From positions 84,574-148,573 of the forward strand of contig JAUYHB010000006.1 of NCBI GenBank assembly GCA_030690305.1: 64,000 bases of DNA. Reading direction: 5' to 3'. The stretch is from a bacterium (lineage in GTDB: Bacteria > Patescibacteriota > Minisyncoccia > Phycocordibacterales > JAGLPS01). This document shows positions 50,477 to 60,275 of the stretch, in pieces (within the stretch, counting starts at the first letter, position 1; every line of letters begins with the position of its first letter). The notes under the pieces were generated by a model. The model ran no database searches. It had not been told where the DNA came from and saw only the letters and a list, made by a program, of their open reading frames with translations. A program made the translations under genes and the position numbers.

Positions 50477-50968
50477 TTAATTACAAGCAAGATCGTTTGC
50501 GTTTGTCAGCGCCGCGGTACCCGCGCCACTCACAGCCGTGTAGGGTGTGGCACCACCGCCTTGTGTGCTTCTTGAGACTCCGGTACTGTCGACACACCAT
50601 GCACCTCCTGAACGAAGCGGGGCTGCCGCTGCCCAGTTGTTTGCCGCACCGGATGCCGGTTTGCCACAAACGTCAGAGGTTTCATTGCCCGCCCCGGCAA
50701 AACTCGCGGCATTAAGGGCAAGCATTACGGTTTGATTTTGGGTAACGCTGTTTGCCGCACACACTGCGTCGTAGTCGCCGTCAGTGTCGTAGATAAGTTC
50801 TGCTTGAGAACGCACTCCGGCAAGATTTTCTTTCACAGCGGCATCATACCCACGGACACGCGCGGCATTAAGGCTTGCCAAAACAATTGACGACAAAAGG
50901 CTGATGATTGAAATCACGACCAAAAGCTCGATAAGCGTAAATCCGGTTTCGTGTTTATTTGTATTCAT
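50477..50968 (-). CDS. Type IV major pilin, paralog 1
   Basis: GFTLIELLVVISIISLL leader/N-terminal helix. C-terminal Cys pair. Confidence 0.8.
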   Translation of the reverse strand: MNTNKHETGFTLIELLVVISIISLLSSIVLASLNAARVRGYDAAVKENLAGVRSQAELIYDTDGDYDAVCAANSVTQNQTVMLALNAASFAGAGNETSDVCGKPASGAANNWAAAAPLRSGGAWCVDSTGVSRSTQGGGATPYTAVSGAGTAALTNANDLACN

Positions 50969-51073
50969 ACACTTTTAAACCCCGCGCAAATTCCACTACA
51001 CCCATTATACCTCCCGTAAAGGAAAACAAAAACCACCGCTTACGCGGTGGTTTTTGTTTATGAGATCTAAAAT

Positions 51074-51556
51074 TTAGTTACAAGCGACGTCGTTTGCATC
51101 AGTTAAAGCCGGTGTAGCTCCTGAAGTCACGCCCGTGTACGCTGTACCGCTTGAGTTCGCCAAACGGGAAACACCCGTTGAGTCGACACACCATGCACCT
51201 CCTGAACGAAGCGGGGCTGCCGCTGCCCAGTTGTTTGCCGCACCGGATGCCGGCGCACCGCAAACATCTGAAGTGGTGTCACCTGCTCCTGCTGAACTTG
51301 CCGCGTTTAGGGCGTTGAGAACTGTTGTGTTCTGTGTAACGCTGTTTGCCGCACACACTGCGTCGTAGTCGCCGTCAGTGTCGTAGATAAGTTCTGCTTG
51401 AGCGCGGATACCGTTAAGGTTTGCCTTCACAGCCGCGTCATTACCCTTGATACGAGCCTGGTTGAGACTTGCCAAAACAACGGAAGAAAGTATACCGATG
51501 ATGGCAATAACAACCAAGAGTTCGATAAGTGTAAAACCTTTGTTTTTCTGTGACAT
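51074..51556 (-). CDS. Type IV major pilin, paralog 2
   Basis: GFTLIELLVVIAIIGIL. The central region (about 200 nt) is nearly identical to paralog 1. Confidence 0.8.
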   Translation of the reverse strand: MSQKNKGFTLIELLVVIAIIGILSSVVLASLNQARIKGNDAAVKANLNGIRAQAELIYDTDGDYDAVCAANSVTQNTTVLNALNAASSAGAGDTTSDVCGAPASGAANNWAAAAPLRSGGAWCVDSTGVSRLANSSGTAYTGVTSGATPALTDANDVACN

Positions 51557-51731
51557 TGTATAAATGATTTCTTAATAAACTTTTATTTCGACCGGCCCTC
51601 TCGCGAGACGCCGCTTTTTAAAAAAAGCTTTGTGCATTCATTATATAACTATATGGATAAAGGAAAAAGGCCTTTGTTGATATCTCGATATTACTCGATA
51701 TCAATCCTGAGTGGAGTCGAAGGACTGACAA

Positions 51732-52934
51732 CTAGGAAAGCGTTGCGACGTCGTAAATAGGTATGAGAACAGCAGCCAAAAGGATACCCACTCCGACACC
51801 CAAAACAACAACCATAAGAGGTTCAATAAGACTAATGAGAGTATCGACGGCATTTGTCACCTCGCGTTGGTAGAACTTGGCCATCGTGTTTAAAATATTG
51901 CCCAATTCTCCAGTCTCTTCACCCACCTTCACCATCTGCACCATAATCGTGGGTACTTCGGAGTAATTAACAAGGGATGCGGAAAAAACACTCCCTCCTT
52001 TGACCGCCTCAAGGCTTTCAGCCAATATTTTTCGGTAGAGAGCGCTCCCTACAACTGATGAGGTGACCTCTATCGCGCGAAGCATAGGAATACCCGAGGC
52101 AATCATCGTGCTCATGTTGTCAGCGACCCGCGAGAGAAACAGTTTTTTGTACAAATCACCGAGATAGGGGACGTTTAACCGGAACCTGTCAAATGCCAAA
52201 GCACCTTCGGGAGTTTGTATGTATTTCCCCAAGAAAAAACCTCCCACAATAAGAAAGACCAAGAGAAAAATTCCGTAATGTATGAAAAAGTCGCTCGTCC
52301 ATATGACAAGTTTGGTATAAATCGGCAATTCCCTCCCCGATTCAATGAGAATGGCGGTTATTTTGGGAATTATCATGGTAAGCATTAAAGACATAACAGC
52401 TACAAAAACCGCTATGACAAAGGCGGGGTAAATAAGAGCCCCCCGAACTTTTGAGGCGACTTCGTACGTTCGGTCAAGATAATCGGCCAAATAATTGAAT
52501 ATTTCGTCAAGCCGCCCCGATTCTTCTCCGGAACGGACCATGTTAACGTAAAAATCGGAAAAAACATCGGGATGTTTTGCAAGTGATTGAGATATGGAAC
52601 TTCCCGACTGCAGGTCATTCGCGACCTGGTCGAGAGTTTCCCGCAAAATTTTGTTCTCCGCCTCGTTGGCAAGAAGTTTAAAAATTCGGAGGGCTGGTAC
52701 TTTTGCCTCAAACAGCGTCGACATTTGCCGTGACAGGATGACGATGTCTCGGGCGGATACATAGTGAAAAGATGAAAACCATCCCAATGATTTTCTTTCT
52801 TCAATCGGGACAATGGATGATAGGACAACACCCTGGTTTTGCAGAGAATTAATGGCCGCATCAATATTGATGGACTCGATTGTCCCTTTTCGCTCCTCCC
52901 CCGCTTTGTTTACGCCTTGATAACTAAATAACAT
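51732..52934 (-). CDS. pilC: Type IV pilus assembly platform protein PilC (GspF family)
   Basis: Two T2SSF repeats, three TM helices, about 400 aa. Confidence 0.9.
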   Translation of the reverse strand: MLFSYQGVNKAGEERKGTIESINIDAAINSLQNQGVVLSSIVPIEERKSLGWFSSFHYVSARDIVILSRQMSTLFEAKVPALRIFKLLANEAENKILRETLDQVANDLQSGSSISQSLAKHPDVFSDFYVNMVRSGEESGRLDEIFNYLADYLDRTYEVASKVRGALIYPAFVIAVFVAVMSLMLTMIIPKITAILIESGRELPIYTKLVIWTSDFFIHYGIFLLVFLIVGGFFLGKYIQTPEGALAFDRFRLNVPYLGDLYKKLFLSRVADNMSTMIASGIPMLRAIEVTSSVVGSALYRKILAESLEAVKGGSVFSASLVNYSEVPTIMVQMVKVGEETGELGNILNTMAKFYQREVTNAVDTLISLIEPLMVVVLGVGVGILLAAVLIPIYDVATLS

Positions 52935-52940
52935 ATGTGT

Positions 52941-54002
52941 CTAGAGCATTCTCTCAAGAATCTTTTGGTTAACCGCATGCAGAAAAGCATTTTCAACAGT
53001 AATATCGCCTTTACGGACAAGGTCCGCGAGACATCGGTTAAGGTCAATCATTCCTTCCTGTGAGCTTGTTTCAATGACAGTGCTGATTTCGTGTGTTCGT
53101 CCTTCGCGAATCAGGTTTGAGACGGCACTGTTTGAAATAAGCAGTTCGTACGCCGGCACAAGACCTCCGGAAATACGGGGAATGAGACGCTGCGAAAAAA
53201 TACCGATAAGACTTCCCGAAAGCTGAGTCCGAATTTGGTCCTGTTGTTGGGCCGGGAATGAGTCGATGATTCGGTCAATCGTCTGGGAAGCGGTATTGGT
53301 ATGAAGTGTTGAGAAAACAAGGTGTCCGGTTTCCGCCGCGGTAACCGCCGTCGACATTGTTTCCGGGTCACGCATTTCACCTATCATCAGCACGTCAACA
53401 TCCTGACGAAAAACGCTATGAAGCGCGGTATGGAAACTTCGCGTGTCATATTTGACTTCTCGCTGGTCAATAATTGATTTTTTGGGTTCAAAAACGTACT
53501 CAATTGGGTCTTCAACGGTAATAATGTGCTCAAGACGCGAAGTATTTATCATATCGATAAGTGTTGCCAATGTCGTACTCTTTCCTTGCCCCGTTGGTCC
53601 GACAACAAGAAAGAATCCCTGTTGCTTTCGTACAAACAATTCAAGGGATTGCGGCAAACCAAGTTCTTCAAGACTGCGGATTTGTCTCGGGATAAGCCGG
53701 AGTGCGATGCTTATTTTCCCCTGCTGGTAAAAAGCGTTGCCTCGGAAACGGGCTTTTTCTTTAAACACATACGCAAAGTCCACTTCTCTTTTCTCCGTGA
53801 GTACTTGGCTTTGCTCGGCGGTTAGAATTATCTGCATGAATCCGGTGATGTCAGCCCTTGTAAGCGGAGTTTTTTTGACAAGCGGAATAAGAAATCCGCC
53901 GACACGGAATGTCGGGTGGCGGCCTTCGGATAAATGAAGGTCGGAACCATCCTCGTTTATGATGGTTTCAAAAAGTTCTTCAAGCTCTTTCTTATAGTCC
54001 AT
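52941..54002 (-). CDS. pilT: Type IV pilus retraction ATPase PilT
   Basis: Walker A GPTGQGKST, Asp box, His box, and AIRNLIRE-like motif (AVSNLIREGRTHEI). Confidence 0.9.
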   Translation of the reverse strand: MDYKKELEELFETIINEDGSDLHLSEGRHPTFRVGGFLIPLVKKTPLTRADITGFMQIILTAEQSQVLTEKREVDFAYVFKEKARFRGNAFYQQGKISIALRLIPRQIRSLEELGLPQSLELFVRKQQGFFLVVGPTGQGKSTTLATLIDMINTSRLEHIITVEDPIEYVFEPKKSIIDQREVKYDTRSFHTALHSVFRQDVDVLMIGEMRDPETMSTAVTAAETGHLVFSTLHTNTASQTIDRIIDSFPAQQQDQIRTQLSGSLIGIFSQRLIPRISGGLVPAYELLISNSAVSNLIREGRTHEISTVIETSSQEGMIDLNRCLADLVRKGDITVENAFLHAVNQKILERML

Positions 54003-54018
54003 CGTTTAAAAAGATTAA

Positions 54019-54414
54019 TTACCTGTCCTTGGCTTTAACAATCTTGAGTACCTCCTCTACGACTTCCGAAGGAATCGTCGTCGCTTTGACAATGTATCCG
54101 TCGGCACCGAGCGTCTTTGCTTCGGAAACATCACTTTCCCCTCCCTGATTGGTAAGCATGACAACCGCCGCATGCGGAGCAAGATTTTCTTTTTTGACTG
54201 TTCTCAAAAGTTCTTTTCCATCAATTGTCGGCATAATGATGTCGAGAAGGAGGGCGTCGGGATTAAACCCACTGCGGAGCTGGGCGAGTGCTTCTGTCCC
54301 CCCTGGCGCAGTGCTTACATCGAAACCGTTTTTCCCGAATTTCATGGAATACATGTTCAGGAGAAACTTATCATCGTCAACTATTAAGATTTTATATTTT
54401 TTCCCGTTTTCCAT
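54019..54414 (-). CDS. Stand-alone response regulator receiver domain (CheY/PilH-like)
   Basis: DD...D57-like (LLLDIIMP)...T...K receiver signature. Embedded in the pilus operon. Confidence 0.85.
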   Translation of the reverse strand: MENGKKYKILIVDDDKFLLNMYSMKFGKNGFDVSTAPGGTEALAQLRSGFNPDALLLDIIMPTIDGKELLRTVKKENLAPHAAVVMLTNQGGESDVSEAKTLGADGYIVKATTIPSEVVEEVLKIVKAKDR

Positions 54415-54498
54415 TAAGAAGTATACAGATATGTGCGTCTATATTTCCCCTTTAAAAAACGCGCGAATCCACCATTAACTATATCACATTGTACTCTC

Positions 54499-56217
54499 CT
54501 AGAGACCGTTTATTTCCTCAAAAGGGATGATGCGCGAAAACGCTTTCGAAATTGCGTCTTCCTTCATTGTCATCATTCCGTTTTTTCGGGCTATTTTCCA
54601 AATTTCCGTCTCGGTGGGATTTTTCAAAACCGCATTTTCCAACTCTTTGTCCATTTCAAGCATTTCCATGACCGCCACACGGCCACGGACTCCCGATGGA
54701 CATCCGGGAGCAGGAGCGACCCCGTACATTTGTTTTCCGAACGGAATCTCTTTTTTGTATTCCTCGGGAAGGTCGGCAAACTGCTTTTCCATCATCATGG
54801 CAATACCACCATCAACGGATATCGGTCTTCCCGCCCCTGGACAAAACATGCGGACAAGACGCTGAGCCATCGCCAACACAAGCGTAGGACCAATGAGATA
54901 CGGGTCAACTCCCATGTCGATAAGACGCGGAATAGCACCAATGGCGTTATTTGTGTGAACGGTAGAAAGCACAAGGTGGCCGGTAAGTGCGGCTTGAATT
55001 GCAAGTTGGGCAGTTTCTTTGTCGCGAATTTCACCAACCATGATAATGTCAGGGTCTTGTCGAAGGGTCGTGCGAAGACCATTCGCAAACGTATACCCTA
55101 TTTCCGGATGGACCTGAGATTGATTGATACCGTCAATACTGTATTCAATAGGGTCTTCGAGGCTCAAAACATTTTTGGTCTCTTTGTCTATTTCATTCAA
55201 CATGGCGTAAAGAGTCGTGGTTTTTCCGGAGCCCGTCGGGCCGGAAATGAGAATCAACCCGTATGGACGTTTAATCGCTCGACGTATCGTTTCCAAGTTT
55301 CTTTTACTTAACCCGAGGTCGGTCAATTTCTTCACTCCCTTTTCCTGGTCAAGGATTCTCATCACTACCTTTTCTCCGTAAAAAGTCGGGAAAGTGGAGA
55401 CACGAAAATCAATCTGACGCCCGTCAATTTTCGCGGAAAATCTTCCATCTTGGGGTTTTCGTTTCTCATCGAGCCGCATATTCGCAAGAATCTTAATTCG
55501 GGCAACAACGGCGGAGTGCACCTTCTTAGGGAGCACGAGACTCGTGTTCAGCACACCGTCAACTCGGAAACGGACACGGACCGTATCACGAGTATGCTCA
55601 AGATGGACGTCAGACGTATCGCCTTCGGTCGCATATCGCAAGATGGTCGCGACTATCTTTGTTACAGGAGCATCTTCGGTTACCTGGACCTCATCTGTCG
55701 CATTTTTTTTTGTATCCGTCCCGGCCGTTTCCGCTATTTCATCCCCTTGCAATTCACCCTCAAGCTCATCGAGTGCCTCAGTCACTTCTTTCGACAGCCC
55801 TTTGTACATTTTGAGGACTTTTTCAAAATCTTCCTCCGAAATAAGGAATATCTTGAACGGCATGTTAATTTTTGTCGATATAAAGGTAAGCGCGTCTCTC
55901 GCTTCAATATTGTCAGGGTCGGTCATTCCAACCTCAAGCACCCCATCGGAAACTCCGAGAGGAACGAAACGGTAGTGCGAAGCCGACTCTTCGGGAATAT
56001 ACTCAAGAACGGTTGTTTGTATTTCTTCGTCACCCAAAAAGCGGACAGGAATATTGAGGTGCTCTCCCTTGCTTTCGATAATATCGCGCTCAGGAATTCC
56101 CATATCAACGAGCGTTTCCTCAAGAGGCTTTCCCGAAGTGCTTGCTTTACGTCGAATAGCCGGAATGTCTTCTTCCCGGATAATGTTTTTTCGCGCAAGA
56201 ATCTCGAGTATACCCAT
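54499..56217 (-). CDS. pilB: Type IV pilus assembly ATPase PilB (GspE family)
   Basis: N-terminal GSPII domain, Walker A GPTGSGKTT, tetracysteine motif CPGAG...CPSGVRGR. Confidence 0.9.
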   Translation of the reverse strand: MGILEILARKNIIREEDIPAIRRKASTSGKPLEETLVDMGIPERDIIESKGEHLNIPVRFLGDEEIQTTVLEYIPEESASHYRFVPLGVSDGVLEVGMTDPDNIEARDALTFISTKINMPFKIFLISEEDFEKVLKMYKGLSKEVTEALDELEGELQGDEIAETAGTDTKKNATDEVQVTEDAPVTKIVATILRYATEGDTSDVHLEHTRDTVRVRFRVDGVLNTSLVLPKKVHSAVVARIKILANMRLDEKRKPQDGRFSAKIDGRQIDFRVSTFPTFYGEKVVMRILDQEKGVKKLTDLGLSKRNLETIRRAIKRPYGLILISGPTGSGKTTTLYAMLNEIDKETKNVLSLEDPIEYSIDGINQSQVHPEIGYTFANGLRTTLRQDPDIIMVGEIRDKETAQLAIQAALTGHLVLSTVHTNNAIGAIPRLIDMGVDPYLIGPTLVLAMAQRLVRMFCPGAGRPISVDGGIAMMMEKQFADLPEEYKKEIPFGKQMYGVAPAPGCPSGVRGRVAVMEMLEMDKELENAVLKNPTETEIWKIARKNGMMTMKEDAISKAFSRIIPFEEINGL

Positions 56218-56256
56218 AAAGGTTAATAAAAACCGATTACGTTTTTAAAAAATAAA

Positions 56257-56553
56257 TTAACGGAAAGACGCAAAGGGATTCGGCCTCCCCACCGGCTGTG
56301 ACGGAATGACAAGTTCGAATTCCGCAAGCCTTTGAAATTCGGAAGTAGAAAACAAAGAACCATCCAAGGAAACGTTTTCAAGGCGACGCAATGTTGTTAT
56401 CACCTCCTGCCCGACAGCGGTTATAGGCTGAGCGGAAGATTGGGGAATGATTTTGAAAAATGCGGTATATATCCATAATCCCACACCCGCAAGAACCGCA
56501 AGAACCAGCGCTCCGGCATTTTTCTGAAAAAAGTTTTGGTTATTGTCGTTCAT
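56257..56553 (-). CDS. Small pilus-operon membrane protein (PilP-like position)
   Basis: One TM helix. Gene order is pilM-N-O-x-pilB. Confidence 0.4.
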   Translation of the reverse strand: MNDNNQNFFQKNAGALVLAVLAGVGLWIYTAFFKIIPQSSAQPITAVGQEVITTLRRLENVSLDGSLFSTSEFQRLAEFELVIPSQPVGRPNPFASFR

Positions 56554-56562
56554 AGCCTTTGG

Positions 56563-57111
56563 TTAAGGGAGCCAATAAGTTTTTATGGTTATTTCATATG
56601 TGTGCGTAGTTCCTGCCGCCGATGCGTCAAATGAAACCTCGGGAAAATCAACAAGGCGAAGATTCGACTCGAGGCTGTCGATAAACTGAAGGAATTTTAC
56701 GTATGTGGTTGAAAAAGAAAAGGTCATGGAAAGTGTACGAAACGTGTCCGAAGAAGAGTCCGTGATGTTCCCGCCCACCTCGCTACCCGGCTGTCCTTCC
56801 TGAATACGAATAGCTTTTATGGCAATGTCGTATTTCTCCGCTATACCGTTAATCTCGGCGGCAAGTTTTACGTTATCAATATTGTGAGGAACCATTTTTT
56901 CAAGACGGGACAAGTCGGAGCCTGAAAAGGTATTGTATTTGTTTACAAGCACGGTTTTAGTTTCTTCAAGCTTTTTTGCACTGTCGAGAGCGCGGACATA
57001 ATCCGACTCTTCGGATTGAAGCGTGCGAATCTCAGCGTACGTCGGGTCGATATACACGTAAAAAAGCGCGACGGAGAGAATTATGAGAAGAAGTGGAAGG
57101 ATGCTTTTCAT
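56563..57111 (-). CDS. pilO: PilO-like pilus assembly protein
   Basis: N-terminal TM, coiled-coil, then a ferredoxin-like domain. Position after pilN. Confidence 0.55.
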   Translation of the reverse strand: MKSILPLLLIILSVALFYVYIDPTYAEIRTLQSEESDYVRALDSAKKLEETKTVLVNKYNTFSGSDLSRLEKMVPHNIDNVKLAAEINGIAEKYDIAIKAIRIQEGQPGSEVGGNITDSSSDTFRTLSMTFSFSTTYVKFLQFIDSLESNLRLVDFPEVSFDASAAGTTHTYEITIKTYWLP

Positions 57112-57117
57112 GGCGTT

Positions 57118-57765
57118 TTAATAAGGGAATCCCTCAAGAGAAAGGGTTTGAAAGGTGTCTTTATAAAGAAGGTCGCGGGCGTTAAAAACAAGACTCAATC
57201 TGAATACCACATTCCCATCGGGGTCAAGGTCAAGATTCGAAAAGACGGAACGTTTCACCGATTTGTTTGTGGATAAAATATCAGATTGGAGAACGAGAGT
57301 TGTATAATTTCTCGCCTTCCCTTTCATAAAGACCGCGACATCCCCGTCAAGAGGAAGAATTTCGTAACTGAAATCGGTAAATTGAACATTCTGAACAGTT
57401 AATGACTGCAGCAATTCAAAAAAAGCGGAAACGGAAAGGTGCTGGGACAGAAGCGAACGGGCGGCTTTGAGACGGTTGTCGAGATCGATAAGTTCATTTA
57501 TTAAATCCGTGTTAAAAGAGGCTCGAAGTTCTGACAACTCCATATCAAGACTTTGTATCCGGTTGGAAAGATAGCTTTTATAAGAAAAAACCGCCGCGCC
57601 GGCAAGAATCGCCACGACAAAAACAATGACACCGACAAATGACATGAGGCCCGCCGGTTCTTTTTTACCAGTGGCGGCTGTATGAGTAATCCGGGTCGTT
57701 CCGGAAACAACCGGTTTTTGGGGTATGAATGTTGTTTTTTGAAATCGAGGATCCATAAGGAACAA
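57118..57765 (-). CDS. pilN: PilN-like pilus assembly protein
   Basis: Single TM (FVGVIVFVVAILAGAAVF), then a coiled-coil and beta domain. Position after pilM. Confidence 0.55.
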   Translation of the reverse strand: MFLMDPRFQKTTFIPQKPVVSGTTRITHTAATGKKEPAGLMSFVGVIVFVVAILAGAAVFSYKSYLSNRIQSLDMELSELRASFNTDLINELIDLDNRLKAARSLLSQHLSVSAFFELLQSLTVQNVQFTDFSYEILPLDGDVAVFMKGKARNYTTLVLQSDILSTNKSVKRSVFSNLDLDPDGNVVFRLSLVFNARDLLYKDTFQTLSLEGFPY

Positions 57766-57798
57766 ACTACTTCTCTAGTATATCACGCACTAAAGATG

Positions 57799-58920
57799 CT
57801 ATTCAAACTCCTGAAGACGTCGCAACGCGACGCCGACAGCAACGGCGAATTCCGGTCCAACCGTTTTCAATACTCCATCAAGAAATGCAGGTGCTTCAAC
57901 CTTGGAAAAGGGATCTCCAGAAACAATTTCCGACTGAAACGCCTTGTGGGCACGGTCTTTAAACCCAGAAAGCCCCACTCCGCCTCCGACAAGAACGATT
58001 TTACTTATGTTTTTTGAATATTTTTTCTGATAGGCATAAAGCACTCGGCTTGCTTCCGAAAAAACGTAATCGAGTATCAGGGAAACGGCTTCCATCACCT
58101 CCCTGTTGTCGCTATTACCTCCAAGGTTTGGATCCCGTTTCAATACTTCGGCTTTGTCCATCGGAACTGCCAGGGCTTTTGATATGGCAAGCGTTACATC
58201 TTGAGATCCCCTATTTATCGTGTGGGAACTTCGTATGACTCCCTTTTCGACAATGTACAGTTTGGTAAGCGCCGCTCCCATATCAAAAATCATGACAGGT
58301 GTGGTTTCTTGATCGAGCGAAGAGCGCATCGTACTGAATATTTCTATTTCAAAAAAACTTGCATTGAGAAGACCTTTTTTGACGATGTCTTGGTATTTGG
58401 CAATTGATTCGTTGTGGATGGCGACGATTAACACATCCCTCATTCCTCCGACGGGTTTCTGCGCGTTTGCCGAAACCGGTTCTTCAAGCGCATATGAACT
58501 GTCCGGAATAACCGACCAGTCAAGTGTTACCTCTGAAATCGGTACGGGAATGTATTTCCTAGCTTCAATGGGAATCATACCGGCAAGCTGTGCATCGGGA
58601 ACAGCGGGCATCGGAACAACGGTCAGCAGACTTGCACTGAAAGGTATGGCGATACCGCACCGTCGGTTTGTGATTCCCGCTTCTTTTATGACATCATTGA
58701 GAGCCTCAACCACTTTCTCGACAGGAAGATTGGTCGCCCGGCCGATTTCCAGGCCTGCATACGGGCCTAGTGCAAGCGCGCCGTACGTATCAAGCATCGC
58801 CTTGTTGCCTTTCTGGCTTAACTGCACAATCTTGATTGCCGAGGAACCTATGTCAATCCCAATAACGGACTTTTGAGTTTGTCCAAAAAGATTTTTGAAT
58901 TTTTTCAAAAAGGAAGCCAT
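57799..58920 (-). CDS. pilM: Type IV pilus assembly protein PilM (actin-like ATPase fold)
   Basis: VIGIDIGSSAIKIVQL N-terminal phosphate-1 motif. Start trimmed to MASFLKKF. Confidence 0.8.
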   Translation of the reverse strand: MASFLKKFKNLFGQTQKSVIGIDIGSSAIKIVQLSQKGNKAMLDTYGALALGPYAGLEIGRATNLPVEKVVEALNDVIKEAGITNRRCGIAIPFSASLLTVVPMPAVPDAQLAGMIPIEARKYIPVPISEVTLDWSVIPDSSYALEEPVSANAQKPVGGMRDVLIVAIHNESIAKYQDIVKKGLLNASFFEIEIFSTMRSSLDQETTPVMIFDMGAALTKLYIVEKGVIRSSHTINRGSQDVTLAISKALAVPMDKAEVLKRDPNLGGNSDNREVMEAVSLILDYVFSEASRVLYAYQKKYSKNISKIVLVGGGVGLSGFKDRAHKAFQSEIVSGDPFSKVEAPAFLDGVLKTVGPEFAVAVGVALRRLQEFE

Positions 58921-58966
58921 TTCGCTATAATCTTCTAGTATAACATAATGATGAGCCATTTTTCCC

Positions 58967-59617
58967 ATGAATAACCGTATGTTACGCCTTATATTCCAGT
59001 TCTTCTTTCCCATACCCCCTCAAGTGCAAAAACTTGAGGAAATGAGCGTAGAAGACTATCTTCGCGTGTTGGAACCGGCAGACAGGAACACCGGAAATAT
59101 GCACGTGTTGTGGAAGTATGCGGACACACTCGTTAAAACCGCCGTTTGGGAAATAAAGTATGCGAGAAATAATTGCATCGCGGAAAAGGTGGGAGAAATA
59201 GCACATGCTCACATAGCAAGCGAATGTGAAGACAGTATGATTTTTGAAAATCAAAAACAAATAGTGCTTATACCTATCCCCTCCTCGAAAAGCAAACGTT
59301 TTAAAAAGGGATATAACCAGACGGAACTTTTATGCGAAATGATTAAAAAATTCGATAAAGAAAATTTATTTGAATACAGAAAGGATGTGCTCGTGAGAAT
59401 AAGGGAAACCGTTCCGCAGACAAGAACAAAAACCAGAAAGGACCGTGAGAAAAATCCAAAAAATTCTTTCGGAGTGGTATATTCGCAAGACGTCCGCGGA
59501 AAAACTGTCGTGCTTATCGACGATGTTATGACAACCGGAAGCACCTTAAAAGAAGCGACGCGGGTCCTCAAAGAAGCGGGTGTCGGGAAAGTGAAACCGT
59601 TTGTTATCGCGCATTAA
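58967..59617 (+). CDS. comF: ComF-family protein (phosphoribosyltransferase domain)
   Basis: C-terminal PRTase motif VVLIDDVMTTGSTL. Divergent from the pilus operon. Confidence 0.7.
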   Translation: MNNRMLRLIFQFFFPIPPQVQKLEEMSVEDYLRVLEPADRNTGNMHVLWKYADTLVKTAVWEIKYARNNCIAEKVGEIAHAHIASECEDSMIFENQKQIVLIPIPSSKSKRFKKGYNQTELLCEMIKKFDKENLFEYRKDVLVRIRETVPQTRTKTRKDREKNPKNSFGVVYSQDVRGKTVVLIDDVMTTGSTLKEATRVLKEAGVGKVKPFVIAH

Positions 59618-59649
59618 AATCAAATGTGGTAAAGTCTCTCTATTCAAAC

Positions 59650-59740
59650 GGAGAGGTGGCTGAGCTGGTCGAAAGCGCCTCACTGCTAACGAGGTAGGGG
59701 CCCTTAAAGTCCCTCGCGGGTTCGAATCCCGCCCTCTCCG
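59650..59740 (+). tRNA. tRNA-Ser (anticodon GCT), long variable arm
   Basis: GGAGAGG...CTGCTAA...long V-arm...GGGTTCGAATCCCGCCCTCTCCG. CCA is not encoded. Confidence 0.85.
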
Positions 59741-59747
59741 CAAAATC

Positions 59748-59770
59748 TAAAGCCCGAACAGGGCTTTTTG
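59748..59770 (+). terminator. Rho-independent terminator after tRNA-Ser
   Basis: AAAGCCCGAACAGGGCTTTTT. Confidence 0.7.
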
Positions 59771-59957
59771 ATTTTGCGAGAGAGGAGCTGTATGCTTGAG
59801 CATGCAGCGTGCGGGATTCGAAAGGAAATTTGCTGTTTTGTCAGCAGGTAAAACCAAATTTCCGGGGTCGAGGAGAAATTTTACGACAGTAAAATTTCGA
59901 GGTGACCGAATCCCTCCCAGCTAAGTTTTCAAATTAATTCATATTTTCCTGACACTA

Positions 59958-60275
59958 ATGTCTTCCGAAACAAAAAAACTGCTTGAAAAATTTGCTGCAA
60001 ATGCGAATTGGCGTATGCCAGGATGCTCTAAGGATATGGAACGATTCTGGGACTTTGTCATTTCAGCCTATCGTCATGGCGAGCACAATATCTCTTTGGA
60101 TGAATTTCTCGGAACACTCGACACCAACGCAAAGAGCAAAGAAATACCCGATGAATCAAAATTTTCCGAGAAAAAAAAGAAGGTGTCCTACAAGATGTTT
60201 ATGTTCAGTACATACGAGAACGGTATCGAGCTCTTGCGCAAATTTGAGGAAAGACAAAAACCAAAAACAAAATGA
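59958..60275 (+). CDS. Hypothetical protein
   Basis: ORF with a 4-nt overlap to thrH. No family assignable. Confidence 0.4.
   Translation: MSSETKKLLEKFAANANWRMPGCSKDMERFWDFVISAYRHGEHNISLDEFLGTLDTNAKSKEIPDESKFSEKKKKVSYKMFMFSTYENGIELLRKFEERQKPKTK

Noticed and set aside
54433-56226. Several 250-290-aa plus-strand ORFs opposite pilB (54433..55311, 55450..56226), and similar antisense ORFs opposite ligA, GH15, GT4 and the vWA gene
   Set aside because: Antisense shadows of strongly supported genes. They have low-complexity Arg/Ser/His-rich translations.
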